Counted from the stretch's first letter, positions 29,339 through 39,252 are shown. The stretch: 64,000 bases of DNA from an uncultured Planctomycetaceae bacterium (GCA_964385465.1 CAYLPJ010000004.1:93044-157043); one strand, 5' to 3'. Notes: generated by a model from the letters alone, not told the origin. Made by a program: numbers and translations.

Positions 29339-30484
29339 TCACGTGCCGGGAACGATCTCGTCCGTCGACTCGGGCACGGAATCGATCTCGCGGAGCTGAT
29401 CCACGTACGGCCGGACGGCCTTCTCAAGCCGGATCATCGCGCCGATCATCCTGTCTTGCACAGCCGGCCACTTGTCGGAGTCGTCGCGGTAGCCCCCTTC
29501 CAACTCCTCTGCCAGGTAGGACTTCTTCAGGTCCTGGCAAGGGTTCCACTCGAGTTTCCCGCCGTACGCCTGCTCGATCGTTTCGCGGCGTTCCTTCAGC
29601 CAGGCAAGGCGGCCCTCGTTCAGGGACTTCTCCGCCTCAAGGACAAACCGTACCGAGGCGGTGTGCTGCCGTACCACGTATATGAACAGCGCGCCGCTGA
29701 TACCGCTGCCGGCTGCAATCCAACTTTCCTTCGATGGCGAGACGTTCTCAAACAAGTGCGTGCGCCCCGTTGATCGCTCAAGAAGTGCGCTCCAGAAGGC
29801 GTGTCGCAGCGCCTCCCGGCCGCCCTGCTCGACGCGATCCTGCCTCTCACGAACGGCCTTCTCCCGGATGCGAATGATGTAGTCTTGCGCCTCGGGAAGC
29901 GGGATGACTTGCTGCACGTCCACAAGGACGCGCTGCCCGTCCCTGTAAGGACGCATTCGCACGCATCGAATGTCCAGTTCCCGGTGGTTGAGCCACATCA
30001 CCGAGGTCGTGAGTTCCCGGGAGAAGTCGGCCGCGACCAGCACGATCCGTACGTCCTGAGCAAACCGATCCTCGTCTGGCTCGTCCCAACCCAGGAACTC
30101 CAGGATCGCCCCCATGCCATCGGCCGATCCGCCGTTGCGCCGCAGGTATTCCCCATGGACTTCGGCCGCCTTGTCGAACGTCATGGTCGACACCATGGCG
30201 GCATATCGTATGGCTTGCAGTTCCGCGTGCCCGGCGTCCTCGGTTCGCTTGAGCTCGATCACGACGAGATTGGCGTCCTTATCGATCGCGAGGAGGTCGA
30301 TCTCGCGACGGGAGTCCTCCCAGTGCCGGAAGGCCTCGGCCAGCACCAGCGTGTCGGGACAGACCACGTCGATCTGCGCCCTGAGCAGGCGCTGGAGGTC
30401 GTCTCGCTCCCGAAGACCGGCTGTCGCGAACGAAGTCTGCGCGAAGGGGACGATCCTGTCTGACGTGATCTCATAGATGGCCAT
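29339..30484 (-). CDS. PD-(D/E)xK nuclease-fold protein (NucS/DUF91-like N-terminus, DUF4268-like C-terminus)
   Basis: EIDLLAIDKDANLVVIELKRTED is a D...E-x-K motif in NucS-like context. 381 aa. Local GC is lower than flanking host DNA. Confidence 0.6.
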   Translation of the reverse strand: MAIYEITSDRIVPFAQTSFATAGLRERDDLQRLLRAQIDVVCPDTLVLAEAFRHWEDSRREIDLLAIDKDANLVVIELKRTEDAGHAELQAIRYAAMVSTMTFDKAAEVHGEYLRRNGGSADGMGAILEFLGWDEPDEDRFAQDVRIVLVAADFSRELTTSVMWLNHRELDIRCVRMRPYRDGQRVLVDVQQVIPLPEAQDYIIRIREKAVRERQDRVEQGGREALRHAFWSALLERSTGRTHLFENVSPSKESWIAAGSGISGALFIYVVRQHTASVRFVLEAEKSLNEGRLAWLKERRETIEQAYGGKLEWNPCQDLKKSYLAEELEGGYRDDSDKWPAVQDRMIGAMIRLEKAVRPYVDQLREIDSVPESTDEIVPGT

Positions 30485-30689
30485 CAGCCTTCCTCCTCGG
30501 GGCCAGGACCCTGAATCGGGGGACGGAAGACGCGGGGGAACATACCTCCCCGTTCATACCTGCCTTCCTCCGTTCCTGTCCAGCTTCATCCGACCGGTCG
30601 GGGTTGCCTGCCGACTGCTCCTTGGTTGCCGTTGGCCCCCCATCCATCACTTCATGCCTGTTACTGGCGCCTCTCTGGCGATTCCTCTG

Positions 30690-31424
30690 TCAGGCCACGA
30701 TGCCGGCAATCTTCCCGGCAAGGCTGGCCGCGAAGCGGCGGGGGCTTGTCAGTTCGCTGGATGTTCGGAAAGCTCCCGTCCTGGCCGATCTCCTGTCTGT
30801 CAGGACCAACGCGGCCGCGTCATAGAGTTGCTCCTGCACCAGTTTGCGGCACAGGATCTCGTAGCGAGCGGCGTAGCTCGTATTCTCGAACTCAGGCATC
30901 GCCGGGAAATGCCGCGAGGTGAACGAAACCCGGGCGGTCGACTTCGGGCATTCCTCCAAGACGAAGAAATACCCTACAAAGGGCTTTGGGCCATCCCCGA
31001 AGACGCCCTCTCGGAAGGCGGTGTTCAGATCGGCGGCGTTGCCCGGGGCTTCCTCCACCCGGTTGTTGAAATTGTTGCCGAAGGATGGCCCCACCTGGGA
31101 TTTGAATTCGATGGCCGCGAGAAGCCGGCTCCCTTCCATGACAAGCAGGTCCCAGTTCTTCACGGGTCGGTAGAAGCCTGGAATCGCCAGATCGGCCCGG
31201 CCGTCAGAGAACACGCCGGCCTTTCCGAGTCCATTGGCCAATATGATCTGGCGAACCATGGCCACGAAGCCATCCATGTTCTTGCCTGCTGTGACTCCGG
31301 CACGGTTGCCCTGGTCGGCCCGCCCGCGCTTCTTCTGGCTCCTGGCAGCTCGCAGCCGCGCCTTCCAGAAGTGCTTGACGGCCTTGGGCATGGTTCGATC
31401 CAAGGCGGCGATGTCTACGGCCAT
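30690..31424 (-). CDS. Type II restriction endonuclease (PD-(D/E)xK; family uncertain)
   Basis: 244 aa. WDLLVMEGSRLLAAIEFKSQVGPSFGNNFNNRVEEAPGNAADL carries the D...E-F-K catalytic signature. Starts 8 nt after the methyltransferase stop, same strand. Confidence 0.6.
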   Translation of the reverse strand: MAVDIAALDRTMPKAVKHFWKARLRAARSQKKRGRADQGNRAGVTAGKNMDGFVAMVRQIILANGLGKAGVFSDGRADLAIPGFYRPVKNWDLLVMEGSRLLAAIEFKSQVGPSFGNNFNNRVEEAPGNAADLNTAFREGVFGDGPKPFVGYFFVLEECPKSTARVSFTSRHFPAMPEFENTSYAARYEILCRKLVQEQLYDAAALVLTDRRSARTGAFRTSSELTSPRRFAASLAGKIAGIVA

Positions 31425-31432
31425 GGTTGCCC

Positions 31433-32437
31433 CTACTCGATGACCTCAAGTCGATGGTGACTGCCCAGGATGCTCGTGTGCCTTCGGAATCGCCGTGCGG
31501 CCAGACCCAGATAGTCACCATCGACTTCCACGCCGATGCTGTTTCTTCCCGTCTGCCAAGCGGCCAGAGCGGTAGTGCCAGAGCCGAGAAACGGGTCGAG
31601 AACGGTGTCACCCACGAAGCTGAACATGCGGATCAGTCGGGTTGCCAGCTCGATCGGAAACGGGGCCGGGTGTTTCCGCGTCGAGGCGCCCTTCACGTCG
31701 GTCCAGATCTGACGGAACCACAGCTTGTGCAGTTCGTCAGGAATGACACTGAAGGCGCGCTCCAGGGAACCGGGGCTTCGGTATCCGCCCGGTTTTCGCT
31801 CCATCAGGACGAACTCGATGTCGTTCTTGATAACCGCGTTCGGCTCATAGGGCTTTCCGAGGAATCCGCCTCCGTTGCCGGGCACCTCGAACTTTGCGTT
31901 GGCGATCTTGTGCCAGATGATCGGCGCCAGGTTGTCGAAGCCCATCTTTCGGCAATGCTCTTGAATGGAGGCATGAAGCGGAACGACCGTATGCCTGCCA
32001 CGGTTCTTGCGGCGCGAGAGGCAGACATCCCCAACAACGCACACCAACCGTCCCCCGGGCACAAGGGCCCTGTAGCAGTGCGACCAGACACGATCGATTT
32101 CCCGGAGAAACGCGGCGTAGTCCTCCACGTCTCCAAGCTGGGCCTCGTTTTCGTTGTACCGCTTGAGCGTCCAGTATGGCGGAGACGTAAGGACGAGATG
32201 AACACTCTCGGCCGGCATGAAGTCAAGCTTGCGGGCATCAGCGCGGCGCATCTCGTGCCTGGTAGGCAACGTCGGCAGGACCGCCTCGATGTCTCGAGCC
32301 GCCACCCGATCCTTCGCCAGCTTCGGAATCGCCGATTGGGAACGACCGAGCTCCTGCAGACTCGGGGGCGCAAAGCCCTGCAGTACCGCCTCTTTGGAGG
32401 ATTCGTCGAATGTCAGAAATTCAGTTTGCTCGCCCAT
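31433..32437 (-). CDS. Beta-class DNA methyltransferase (SPPY motif, probably N4-cytosine), cognate of the REase
   Basis: Motif IV LVLTSPPYW precedes motif I VLDPFLGSGTT (beta order). 334 aa from MGEQTEFLTF. The N-terminal part of ORF 31433..32698 looks like read-through. Confidence 0.8.
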   Translation of the reverse strand: MGEQTEFLTFDESSKEAVLQGFAPPSLQELGRSQSAIPKLAKDRVAARDIEAVLPTLPTRHEMRRADARKLDFMPAESVHLVLTSPPYWTLKRYNENEAQLGDVEDYAAFLREIDRVWSHCYRALVPGGRLVCVVGDVCLSRRKNRGRHTVVPLHASIQEHCRKMGFDNLAPIIWHKIANAKFEVPGNGGGFLGKPYEPNAVIKNDIEFVLMERKPGGYRSPGSLERAFSVIPDELHKLWFRQIWTDVKGASTRKHPAPFPIELATRLIRMFSFVGDTVLDPFLGSGTTALAAWQTGRNSIGVEVDGDYLGLAARRFRRHTSILGSHHRLEVIE

Positions 32438-32778
32438 ACTCCACCGTGCCAGAGCGTCAGGGGGCGGGGGGCCGGCCCAGCCTCCGCAAGAACGGTTGCC
32501 ATTGTACGTGGACCGGCGGGGCGTCTCAACGGGAGCCTCCACCCGCCAAGGGGTTTGCCGTGCCGGGGAGCTTCGCCGTGATTGGCCTCTGCGGAGGCTC
32601 GGAAACGCCGCAGGACCCGATTCTAATCGCAGGCCGAGAGACAGACAACGCATCTCACCCGTTCGCCCTTGCATCGCGCTGTTCTTGCCGAAGTCCATCC
32701 CGCGCGGCCGGGCCTTGCTGGCGGTCGGTGGTTTCTTTCGGTGCCGGTGCCTGATGCCTGGTGGCCGGCCGGGTGGGT

Positions 32779-34563
32779 TCAGGCGGGGAGTCGGACGGTG
32801 ACGGTGGTGCCTTCGCCGACCTTGCTTTCCAGTTCCACCGTGCCTCCGAGGCGGTCGGCGGCGTGTCTGACGACGGCCAGGCCCAGGCCGCTGCCGCGGT
32901 GGCGGACGTCGCCGGTCCGGGACGGGTCCACCTGGTAGAAGTAGTCGAAGACGCGCGGCTGCTCCTCGTCGGGGATCCCCTCGCCGGTGTCGGCGACGCT
33001 CAACGTGGCCTCGCCGTCGGCAAGGGACATCGCCAGCAGGACCCGCCCGCCGGCGGCGGTGCGCTTCAGGGCGTTGTCCAGCAGGTTCTGGAGGATCAGG
33101 TCCACCAGCCGGCGGTTGGTGGTCAGGGGGGGGGCGTCGTCATCGACGCGGAGGCTCAGGGCGATGCCCCGCCGCTCGGCCTCGGCGGCGAACCGCGAGC
33201 GGACCCACTCGGCCAGTTCGCCGAGGCGTACCTCCTCGGCCGCCGATACGGGCTGGACCTCGGCGACCTCGCTGAAGTGCAGCATGTCGGTGGTCAGGTG
33301 CTGGAGGCGGGCGACCTGGCGGTCGAGCATCGTCAGTACGTCGCCGGCGGAGTCGCTCTCGACCCGGGCGTCTTCGAGGGCGTCGACGGCCGCCCGCAGC
33401 GTGGCCACCGGGGTGCGGAGCTCGTGGGAGGCATTGGTGATGAACCGCGCCTTCATCTCGGCGGTCTCGATGATGTCGGTCACGTCGCGGAGGACGATGA
33501 GCATGCCGATGGGCCTGTCCTCCTCGGCCACCGGGGAGACGCTGACCTCCAGGTGCATCCGCCGCCCGTCGTGGAGCGTGTCGGTCCGCAGGCCCTCGCC
33601 CCGGCCGGTCTGGCGGACCCGCTCGCAGGCGTCGAGCACGTCGGGCAGGCGGACGACGGACTGGACGTGCCGCCCGTCGCAGCCGTAGGCGTCCAGGATC
33701 TCCTCGGCCGCCCGATTGATGAGGATCACGCGGTACTCGGCGTCGGTGGCGACGACCCCCTCGCGGAGGTTGGTCACGACGGTCTGGAGGTTGGCCTCGC
33801 GTTCCATGGCGGCGGCCATCTGGCGGGCGAGGCCCTCGGCCATTTCGTTGAGCGCGTCGGAGAGCTGCCGCAGCTCGCGCGAGCCGCCGACGCGGACGCG
33901 CTGATCGAGGTTGCCCGAGGCGAGAGACCTCGCCGCGCCGGTCAGCTCGCGAAGCGGCGAGTACCACAGCCAGCTCAGCAGCAGCGCGAGCATGACGGCC
34001 CCGGCCGCGGCGGCCCCGGCCCCGAACCACAGCGACCGGGAGAGGAAATCGCTGCTCTCGCCGAGCGCGCGGACGGGCATGGCCACGCGGACGACGGCCA
34101 CCCTTTCGCCGTCGAGCTCGAGGGGGACGGCGTGGTAGCGGAATTCGCGCCCGAGCGTCTCGCTGGTCCGCCGCCCCCAGCCTTCCCTGCCTTCCAGGGC
34201 GGCCATCACCTCGGGCCGGTCCGGCGTGTCGTGGGGCCTCATGCGCTCGGCGGGCATGGGGCTGCTGTCGCCCCCGACCGTGCCGTCGGGGAGGATGACG
34301 GTCAGGCGAAGGTCGCCGAGGGACCGGCGGGCGAGGCGTTTGCAGAATCGGTCGAGCTCGCCGGGGCGGTCCCTGACCTCGTCCCAGACGGCCCCCAGCC
34401 ACCCGGCGGCGAAGGCGGTCACCCGGCGCTGCTCCTGGCGCTGGAGGCTGTGGTAGCTGGCGTCGAGGTGGTGGTTGGCCACCCACACGCCCAGCAGGAG
34501 GATCACCACCACCAGGGCGAGGTTTCCCAGAAACAGCTTGGTGAAAAAGCTTCGGCCTGTCAC
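32779..34563 (-). CDS. Sensor histidine kinase (TM-periplasmic-TM, HAMP, PAS-like, HisKA, HATPase_c); PhoR-like by context
   Basis: GTG start with GGGAGGGA RBS. TM1 LFLGNLALVVVILLLGV, TM2 AAAAGAVMLALLLSWLW. HAMP LASGNLDQRV. H-box FITNASHELRTP. G-boxes DTGEGIPDEE / GSGLGLAVV. Confidence 0.8.
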   Translation of the reverse strand: MTGRSFFTKLFLGNLALVVVILLLGVWVANHHLDASYHSLQRQEQRRVTAFAAGWLGAVWDEVRDRPGELDRFCKRLARRSLGDLRLTVILPDGTVGGDSSPMPAERMRPHDTPDRPEVMAALEGREGWGRRTSETLGREFRYHAVPLELDGERVAVVRVAMPVRALGESSDFLSRSLWFGAGAAAAGAVMLALLLSWLWYSPLRELTGAARSLASGNLDQRVRVGGSRELRQLSDALNEMAEGLARQMAAAMEREANLQTVVTNLREGVVATDAEYRVILINRAAEEILDAYGCDGRHVQSVVRLPDVLDACERVRQTGRGEGLRTDTLHDGRRMHLEVSVSPVAEEDRPIGMLIVLRDVTDIIETAEMKARFITNASHELRTPVATLRAAVDALEDARVESDSAGDVLTMLDRQVARLQHLTTDMLHFSEVAEVQPVSAAEEVRLGELAEWVRSRFAAEAERRGIALSLRVDDDAPPLTTNRRLVDLILQNLLDNALKRTAAGGRVLLAMSLADGEATLSVADTGEGIPDEEQPRVFDYFYQVDPSRTGDVRHRGSGLGLAVVRHAADRLGGTVELESKVGEGTTVTVRLPA

Positions 34564-34616
34564 GGTGCGGTCCCTCCCGGGGCTCCGCGTGGACGAACCG
34601 GCCGAACGGCGGCCCG

Positions 34617-35282
34617 TCACGTACTGTGGAAGTCCAGCAGGGGCACGGAAGACCCGACGCTGATGGCGACGTTGCCCAGGTGCCTGGCCACGCGCTTGTA
34701 GTGCCTGGCCAGCAGCACGTAGGCGACTGCCTCGTCGGCCGGGATGCCCTCCCGGATCCGCAGCAGTTGCTGGACGATCATGTCGCACTGCCCGCTGAGG
34801 GCGCCGATCTGGCGGGTGACGCCCTCTGCGGCGTTCTGGTTGCCGGTGACGAAGGCCTCTCGTGTCGGCGCGAACATCTCCAGCACGGTGCCGCGGACCT
34901 CCTGGAGCGGCTCGCTGAACTCCGGATGCTCGAACGGCTTGGTGTAGAACCTTCCGACCTCGAAGATGTTCTTGCAGTAATCGCCGATCCGCTCGGCATC
35001 CTTGACGACGCTCATCATGACCAGGCAGGGCGCCAGGTCCCTGGCCCCGGCGACCGAGAGGTGCGTGACGATCTGGCGCCGGACGTCCTTCTCGATCTCG
35101 TTGATCAGGCGGTCCTTCTCGTAGAGCTTGTCCGAAACGTCGTGCCAGTCCTGGCGGCGCATCAGCACGTCGGTGGCCCGGTCGAACATCCACTGGCCCA
35201 CCTCGAGCATCTCGCCGATCCTGGCCGAAAGCTCCTTGACGACGTCCCGCTTGCGAAAGGCGTTGATGATTTCTCGAAACAT
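34617..35282 (-). CDS. PhoU-domain phosphate-signalling regulator-like protein
   Basis: 221 aa, MFREIINAFRKRDVVKELSARIGEML... Two PhoU-like helical repeats. Separate frame from the symporter, 20 nt downstream of it. Confidence 0.75.
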   Translation of the reverse strand: MFREIINAFRKRDVVKELSARIGEMLEVGQWMFDRATDVLMRRQDWHDVSDKLYEKDRLINEIEKDVRRQIVTHLSVAGARDLAPCLVMMSVVKDAERIGDYCKNIFEVGRFYTKPFEHPEFSEPLQEVRGTVLEMFAPTREAFVTGNQNAAEGVTRQIGALSGQCDMIVQQLLRIREGIPADEAVAYVLLARHYKRVARHLGNVAISVGSSVPLLDFHST

Positions 35283-35302
35283 GTTGCCACTCCCTGCCGG
35301 CG

Positions 35303-36586
35303 CTACGTGCCCAGCCAGGCCGTCAACGCGATCATGAGCGTCGGGACGCCGAAGTAGATGCAGAACAGGAACACGACCGCCAGCCATCGCCGCCGCATCG
35401 CCAGCTTTGCCAGGCCTTTGGCCAAGGACAATGGTATGAACTGAAGCGGCCAGAATACCGCGATGCCGTAGATATTGAACAGCAGGTGCCCGAACGCGCA
35501 CGCCATGGCCGGGGCGCAGCCGGTGCCGAGGGCGGCCAGAATGGCCGTCATCGTCGTGCCCACGTTGGCGCCCAGCGTGTACGGGTAGACCTGGCGGAGT
35601 TTGAGGATGCCCGCGCCGATCAGGGGCACGACGAGGCTGGTCGTCACCGACGAGCTCTGCACCGCGATGGTCGTCAGGATCCCCACCATGAACGCCACGC
35701 CCGGGTTGCGGAACAGCGTGCGGCTGAACACCCCGCTGAGCCGCCCGGCCAGCAGGCTCCGCAGCAGGCGGACCAGCACCCAGAGCGAGGCGAACAGCAC
35801 CACCAGCGCCAGGGCCGCCAGCAGGCTGCCCGCGACGGTGGGCGGCAGGCCCAGGACGTCGAGCGTAAGCCATTTGCCCGCCGCGGCGATCTGCCCGAAG
35901 GACCTCTTGAGGATGTCGATCCGGTCGGTCGGGTCGGCGCTGAACACCCGCGTGCCGCCCAGGACCTCGGAAACCCACTCCGTGACCCGAGAGATGATCC
36001 CGAAGGCGGCCTCCAGGGGCAGCAGCAGCGTCACCGAGAGGATGTTGAAGAAATCGTGGACCACCGCCCCGGCCAGCGAGCGACGGAACTCCTTGCGCCG
36101 GCGAATGTTGGCGAGCGAAACCAGCGTGTTGGTCACCGACGTGCCGATGTTCGCCCCCATCACGATGGGGATCGCCGCAGAAAGGGAAACGTCCCCGCCG
36201 GCGACAAGACCGACCGTCATCGAGGTGGTGAAGCTGCTGGACTGGACCAGCGACGTGACCAGCACGCCCGTGAACAGCCCCGTGACCGGATCCCGGACGA
36301 AGCCGAAGAGCCAGTCCAGAAAGGCCGCGCCGGCCGGGTCCCGCGCGATGGTCTTCAGCCCCCCGCCGAGCATGCTGACCGAGGAGATGAACAGGTAGAG
36401 CACGCAAACGGCGATGAGCCCGTGGACCCATGAGCGACCGTTGTCGGATCTCTCGGGTACGGGGGCACCCCCGAGCGGCTCCGGCGGTGAGGGCTGGGCA
36501 AACAGCACGGCTGGTCGGATCCTTTCCAGGCGTCGGCTCGATGAGCCCGCGACCATACTCAGCAGCCCCCGCCGGGGCAAGCGCAA
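35303..36586 (-). CDS. Na+/phosphate symporter (NptA/PF02690 family)
   Basis: Duplicated SSSFTTSMTVGLV... / SSSVTTSLVVPLIGAGIL motifs. Many TM helices. Start ambiguous: TTG at 36584-36586 or ATG (MVAGSSS) 30 nt later. Confidence 0.8.
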   Translation of the reverse strand: MRLPRRGLLSMVAGSSSRRLERIRPAVLFAQPSPPEPLGGAPVPERSDNGRSWVHGLIAVCVLYLFISSVSMLGGGLKTIARDPAGAAFLDWLFGFVRDPVTGLFTGVLVTSLVQSSSFTTSMTVGLVAGGDVSLSAAIPIVMGANIGTSVTNTLVSLANIRRRKEFRRSLAGAVVHDFFNILSVTLLLPLEAAFGIISRVTEWVSEVLGGTRVFSADPTDRIDILKRSFGQIAAAGKWLTLDVLGLPPTVAGSLLAALALVVLFASLWVLVRLLRSLLAGRLSGVFSRTLFRNPGVAFMVGILTTIAVQSSSVTTSLVVPLIGAGILKLRQVYPYTLGANVGTTMTAILAALGTGCAPAMACAFGHLLFNIYGIAVFWPLQFIPLSLAKGLAKLAMRRRWLAVVFLFCIYFGVPTLMIALTAWLGT

Positions 36587-36659
36587 TCCTAACGATCCCT
36601 TGACGCCTTCTTAACCCCCGCCTGCTCGCGAGACGCCCCGGCCGAGACCGCCCCTGTCC

Positions 36660-36750
36660 CTTCTGTCCAGCCTGTCCACCCGCCCGAACTCCGGACAGGA
36701 ACACTCTTACACATAAACTGTTTTAATAAAAGTATTTACAGTTATGCGGC
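36660..36750. promoter_or_regulatory. AT-rich promoter/regulatory region upstream of the Na/Pi-PhoU-kinase operon
   Basis: Direct repeats CTGTCCA-gc-CTGTCCA plus inverted GGACAG. A 60%-AT stretch CATAAACTGTTTTAATAAAAGTATTTACAGTT with ACTGT..ACAGT inverted repeat and a TTTACA -35-like hexamer. Confidence 0.3.
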
Positions 36751-36833
36751 CTGCCGTGTGTCCCGCGTCTCAACGGCGGACAGAACCGACACACCCGCAC
36801 AATGGGGGCGGTCCGGGCCAGCCCGGGGGGAGT

Positions 36834-37778
36834 TCACTCCCGGGGGGCGGGGTACTTGGGGTCTCGCCCTTCGAGGACCGCCATCACGTCGTGGACGACG
36901 TCGCACATCCGCTCCATCGCCTCGGGGACGCGGGCGGCGACGTGCGGGGTGAGGATCGCGTTGTCCAGCCCGAACAGCGGGTAGTCCTCTCCGGGCGGCT
37001 CGGGGTCGTGGCAGTCGACGGCGACGGCCGACAGCCTGCCGCTGCGGAGGGCGTCGGCGAGGTCGGCGTAGTTGACGCAGGGCCCGCGGGCACAGTTGAT
37101 GAACTGGGCGCCGGGCTTGAACTTCGCCAGGGCCTCGGCATCGATCATCCAGGCGGTCATGTCGGTCAGCGGCACGTGGATGGTGACGATGTCGCTGGCG
37201 GCGTAGAGCTCATCCTTGCCGACCGCCTCGGCGGGGTAGTCCACCTCGATGTCGAGGATGTCGTTGTAGAGCACCTTCATGCCCAGCCCGGCGGCGGCCC
37301 TCCCGACGCGGCTGCCGATCCGCCCGCAGCCGACGATCCCCAACGTGGTCCCCGAGAGGAACCGCCCGAAGGCCTGCTTGCGGATGCGATGGAACTGCTC
37401 GGGGGGCACGTAGCCGGTCAAGGGCCAGAAGCGGCGGTTCATCTGGAGGATCATCGCGATGGTGAAGTCCACGACGGCCAGCGTGTTGGCCTCGGGGCTG
37501 TGGACGACCTCGACCCCCCGGGCGCGGCAGGCGGAGATGTCGATGTTCTCGAGGGCGACGCCCGCGCGGCCGACGACCTTGAGCTTGGGCGCCCGGTCGA
37601 GCAGGTCGCGGTTGACCTGCGTGTAGGTTCGCACGACGAGGCCCTCGGCATCGGCGACGGCGTCGGCAGCGGTCTCGGCGGTGGCGCGGCGGAGGTCGGC
37701 GCGCGCGTCGAGGAATGCCAGGGCGGTGTCGCTGAGCGGCTCGGTGACCAGCACGACGGGACGGGACGACTCGGCCAT
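36834..37778 (-). CDS. D-isomer-specific 2-hydroxyacid dehydrogenase (phosphoglycerate dehydrogenase-like)
   Basis: NAD-binding GIVGCGRIGSRVGRAA. Catalytic-domain pattern ...PHVAARVPEA. 314 aa. Confidence 0.85.
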   Translation of the reverse strand: MAESSRPVVLVTEPLSDTALAFLDARADLRRATAETAADAVADAEGLVVRTYTQVNRDLLDRAPKLKVVGRAGVALENIDISACRARGVEVVHSPEANTLAVVDFTIAMILQMNRRFWPLTGYVPPEQFHRIRKQAFGRFLSGTTLGIVGCGRIGSRVGRAAAGLGMKVLYNDILDIEVDYPAEAVGKDELYAASDIVTIHVPLTDMTAWMIDAEALAKFKPGAQFINCARGPCVNYADLADALRSGRLSAVAVDCHDPEPPGEDYPLFGLDNAILTPHVAARVPEAMERMCDVVHDVMAVLEGRDPKYPAPRE

Positions 37779-37818
37779 GTGCGGGGCTCCTGTTGCCCGG
37801 CCGGACCGGCCGGGTCGG

Positions 37819-39252
37819 TCAGTCCCGCATGGTAGGCTTGTTCCGCCGCGGCGTCAACCGGTGGCGGAGGCGGCTCCAGAAGCCGCTGAGGCCCAGTCGC
37901 TTTCCCAGCCGGCGGACGTTCTCGTCGGCGGGGGCGAGGTTCATGGCCCTGGAGACGCAGCATCGCGCCCGGCGGAGCTGGCCCTTCTGGAGGTGTGCGA
38001 GCGCGAGGTTGTACAGCGCAAGCGGATACTCCGGCTGGAGCCTCAGGGCCCGGCGGCAGTGGCGGATGCCGTCATCGAGTTGCTCCATCTTGAAGAAGCT
38101 CACCGCGAGGTTGTGCTGGGCGTGCGGGTCGTCCGGCGAGAGGTGGACCAACCGGCGAAGCACGCTGTTGGCCTGGCGGGCCTGGTGGGCCTCCAGCAGC
38201 AGTTGGCCGAGTTCCTGGAGCATCGTCGGGTCGTCGCCGCAGCGGCGGGTCTCGATCAGCAGATGCCTGGCGGCCTGCTGGATGCGCCCGCGGCGCAGCA
38301 GGGCCTGGGCCAGCCTGGCGTGGGCGGCGGGGAAGTCTCCGTCAAGGCGGAGCACCTGTCGGAGGTGCTCCTCGGCGATCGCCGGCTGCCGGCGCCGCAG
38401 GGCCAACTCGCCCAGGCAGAAGTGGGCGGCGGCGGTCTCGGGGGCGACCTCGAGCGCACGGCGGAACCTGGCCTCGGCCTGGTCCCAGCAGCCCAGCTCC
38501 CCGAGCAGCTCGCCGAAGTCCACCAGCACGTCGGCCTCGTCGGGGTTGAGGCGCAGCTCGGCCTCGTAGTGGCGGCGGGCGCGGGCGAGCTGGCCGAGTG
38601 CCCAGGCGGCCTCGGCGATGCGGACGTGCACGTTCGGGTGCGCCGGGTCCAGCTCCAGGGCCTTCTTCCAGCAGTAGATCGCCCGCTGGTGCTCGTTGCG
38701 GGCGTAGAGGCTGTTGCCGATGTTGTAGAAGCACAACGGGCAGTCGGACTTGAGCTGCTGGGCGAGGTAGAACATCACCTCGGCCTCGTCGTGCTGGCCC
38801 ATCTCCGCGTAGGTGACGATGCGGTTGCAGTAGGCCGGCTCGTACGTCGCGTCCAGCCGCTCGAGCCGCCCGAAGCAGTCGAGCGCCTCGGCGTACTGGC
38901 CCAGCCGCGTGAGGTTCACGCCCAGGCAATTGAGCGTCTCGACGTCGTTGGGATGCAGTTCCAACGCCGCCCGATAGGCCTTGCACGCGCAGGCGTATTC
39001 CTCGAGGGCCTCCAGCGTCAGCGCAAGGTTGAAGTGCCACGAGGGGTTGTAGGGGTTGACCGCGATGGCGGCCTGAAGCTCCGCCGCCGCCTCCGCCCAG
39101 CGTCCCTGCTCGTACAACTCATGGGCGCGTTCGACTCGCGTCTCGGCGTCCATCCATTCGTTCATCGGCTCGCTGTCTTTTCGAGGCAACGTGGCCTTCT
39201 CCCGACTTGCGACGGACTTTCGTAAGGCACACGCCAGGGTGGCGCGTGACAT
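37819..39252 (-). CDS. TPR-repeat protein
   Basis: About 11 TPR-like 34-aa repeats (AIAVNPYNPSWHFNLALTLEALEEY..., YAEALDCFGRLERLD...). Start uncertain: 39252 (MSRATLAC) or 39165 (MNEWMD). A 39420 start would overlap the cls stop. Confidence 0.6.
   Translation of the reverse strand: MSRATLACALRKSVASREKATLPRKDSEPMNEWMDAETRVERAHELYEQGRWAEAAAELQAAIAVNPYNPSWHFNLALTLEALEEYACACKAYRAALELHPNDVETLNCLGVNLTRLGQYAEALDCFGRLERLDATYEPAYCNRIVTYAEMGQHDEAEVMFYLAQQLKSDCPLCFYNIGNSLYARNEHQRAIYCWKKALELDPAHPNVHVRIAEAAWALGQLARARRHYEAELRLNPDEADVLVDFGELLGELGCWDQAEARFRRALEVAPETAAAHFCLGELALRRRQPAIAEEHLRQVLRLDGDFPAAHARLAQALLRRGRIQQAARHLLIETRRCGDDPTMLQELGQLLLEAHQARQANSVLRRLVHLSPDDPHAQHNLAVSFFKMEQLDDGIRHCRRALRLQPEYPLALYNLALAHLQKGQLRRARCCVSRAMNLAPADENVRRLGKRLGLSGFWSRLRHRLTPRRNKPTMRD

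Noticed and set aside
34617-36704. Apparent 695-aa Na/Pi-transporter-PhoU fusion (YjbB-like)
   Set aside because: The transporter (35303..36586) and the PhoU-like protein (34617..35282) are in different frames, separated by a stop and 20 nt. They are two genes, not a fusion; the upstream part of the 695-aa ORF is read-through in the wrong frame.
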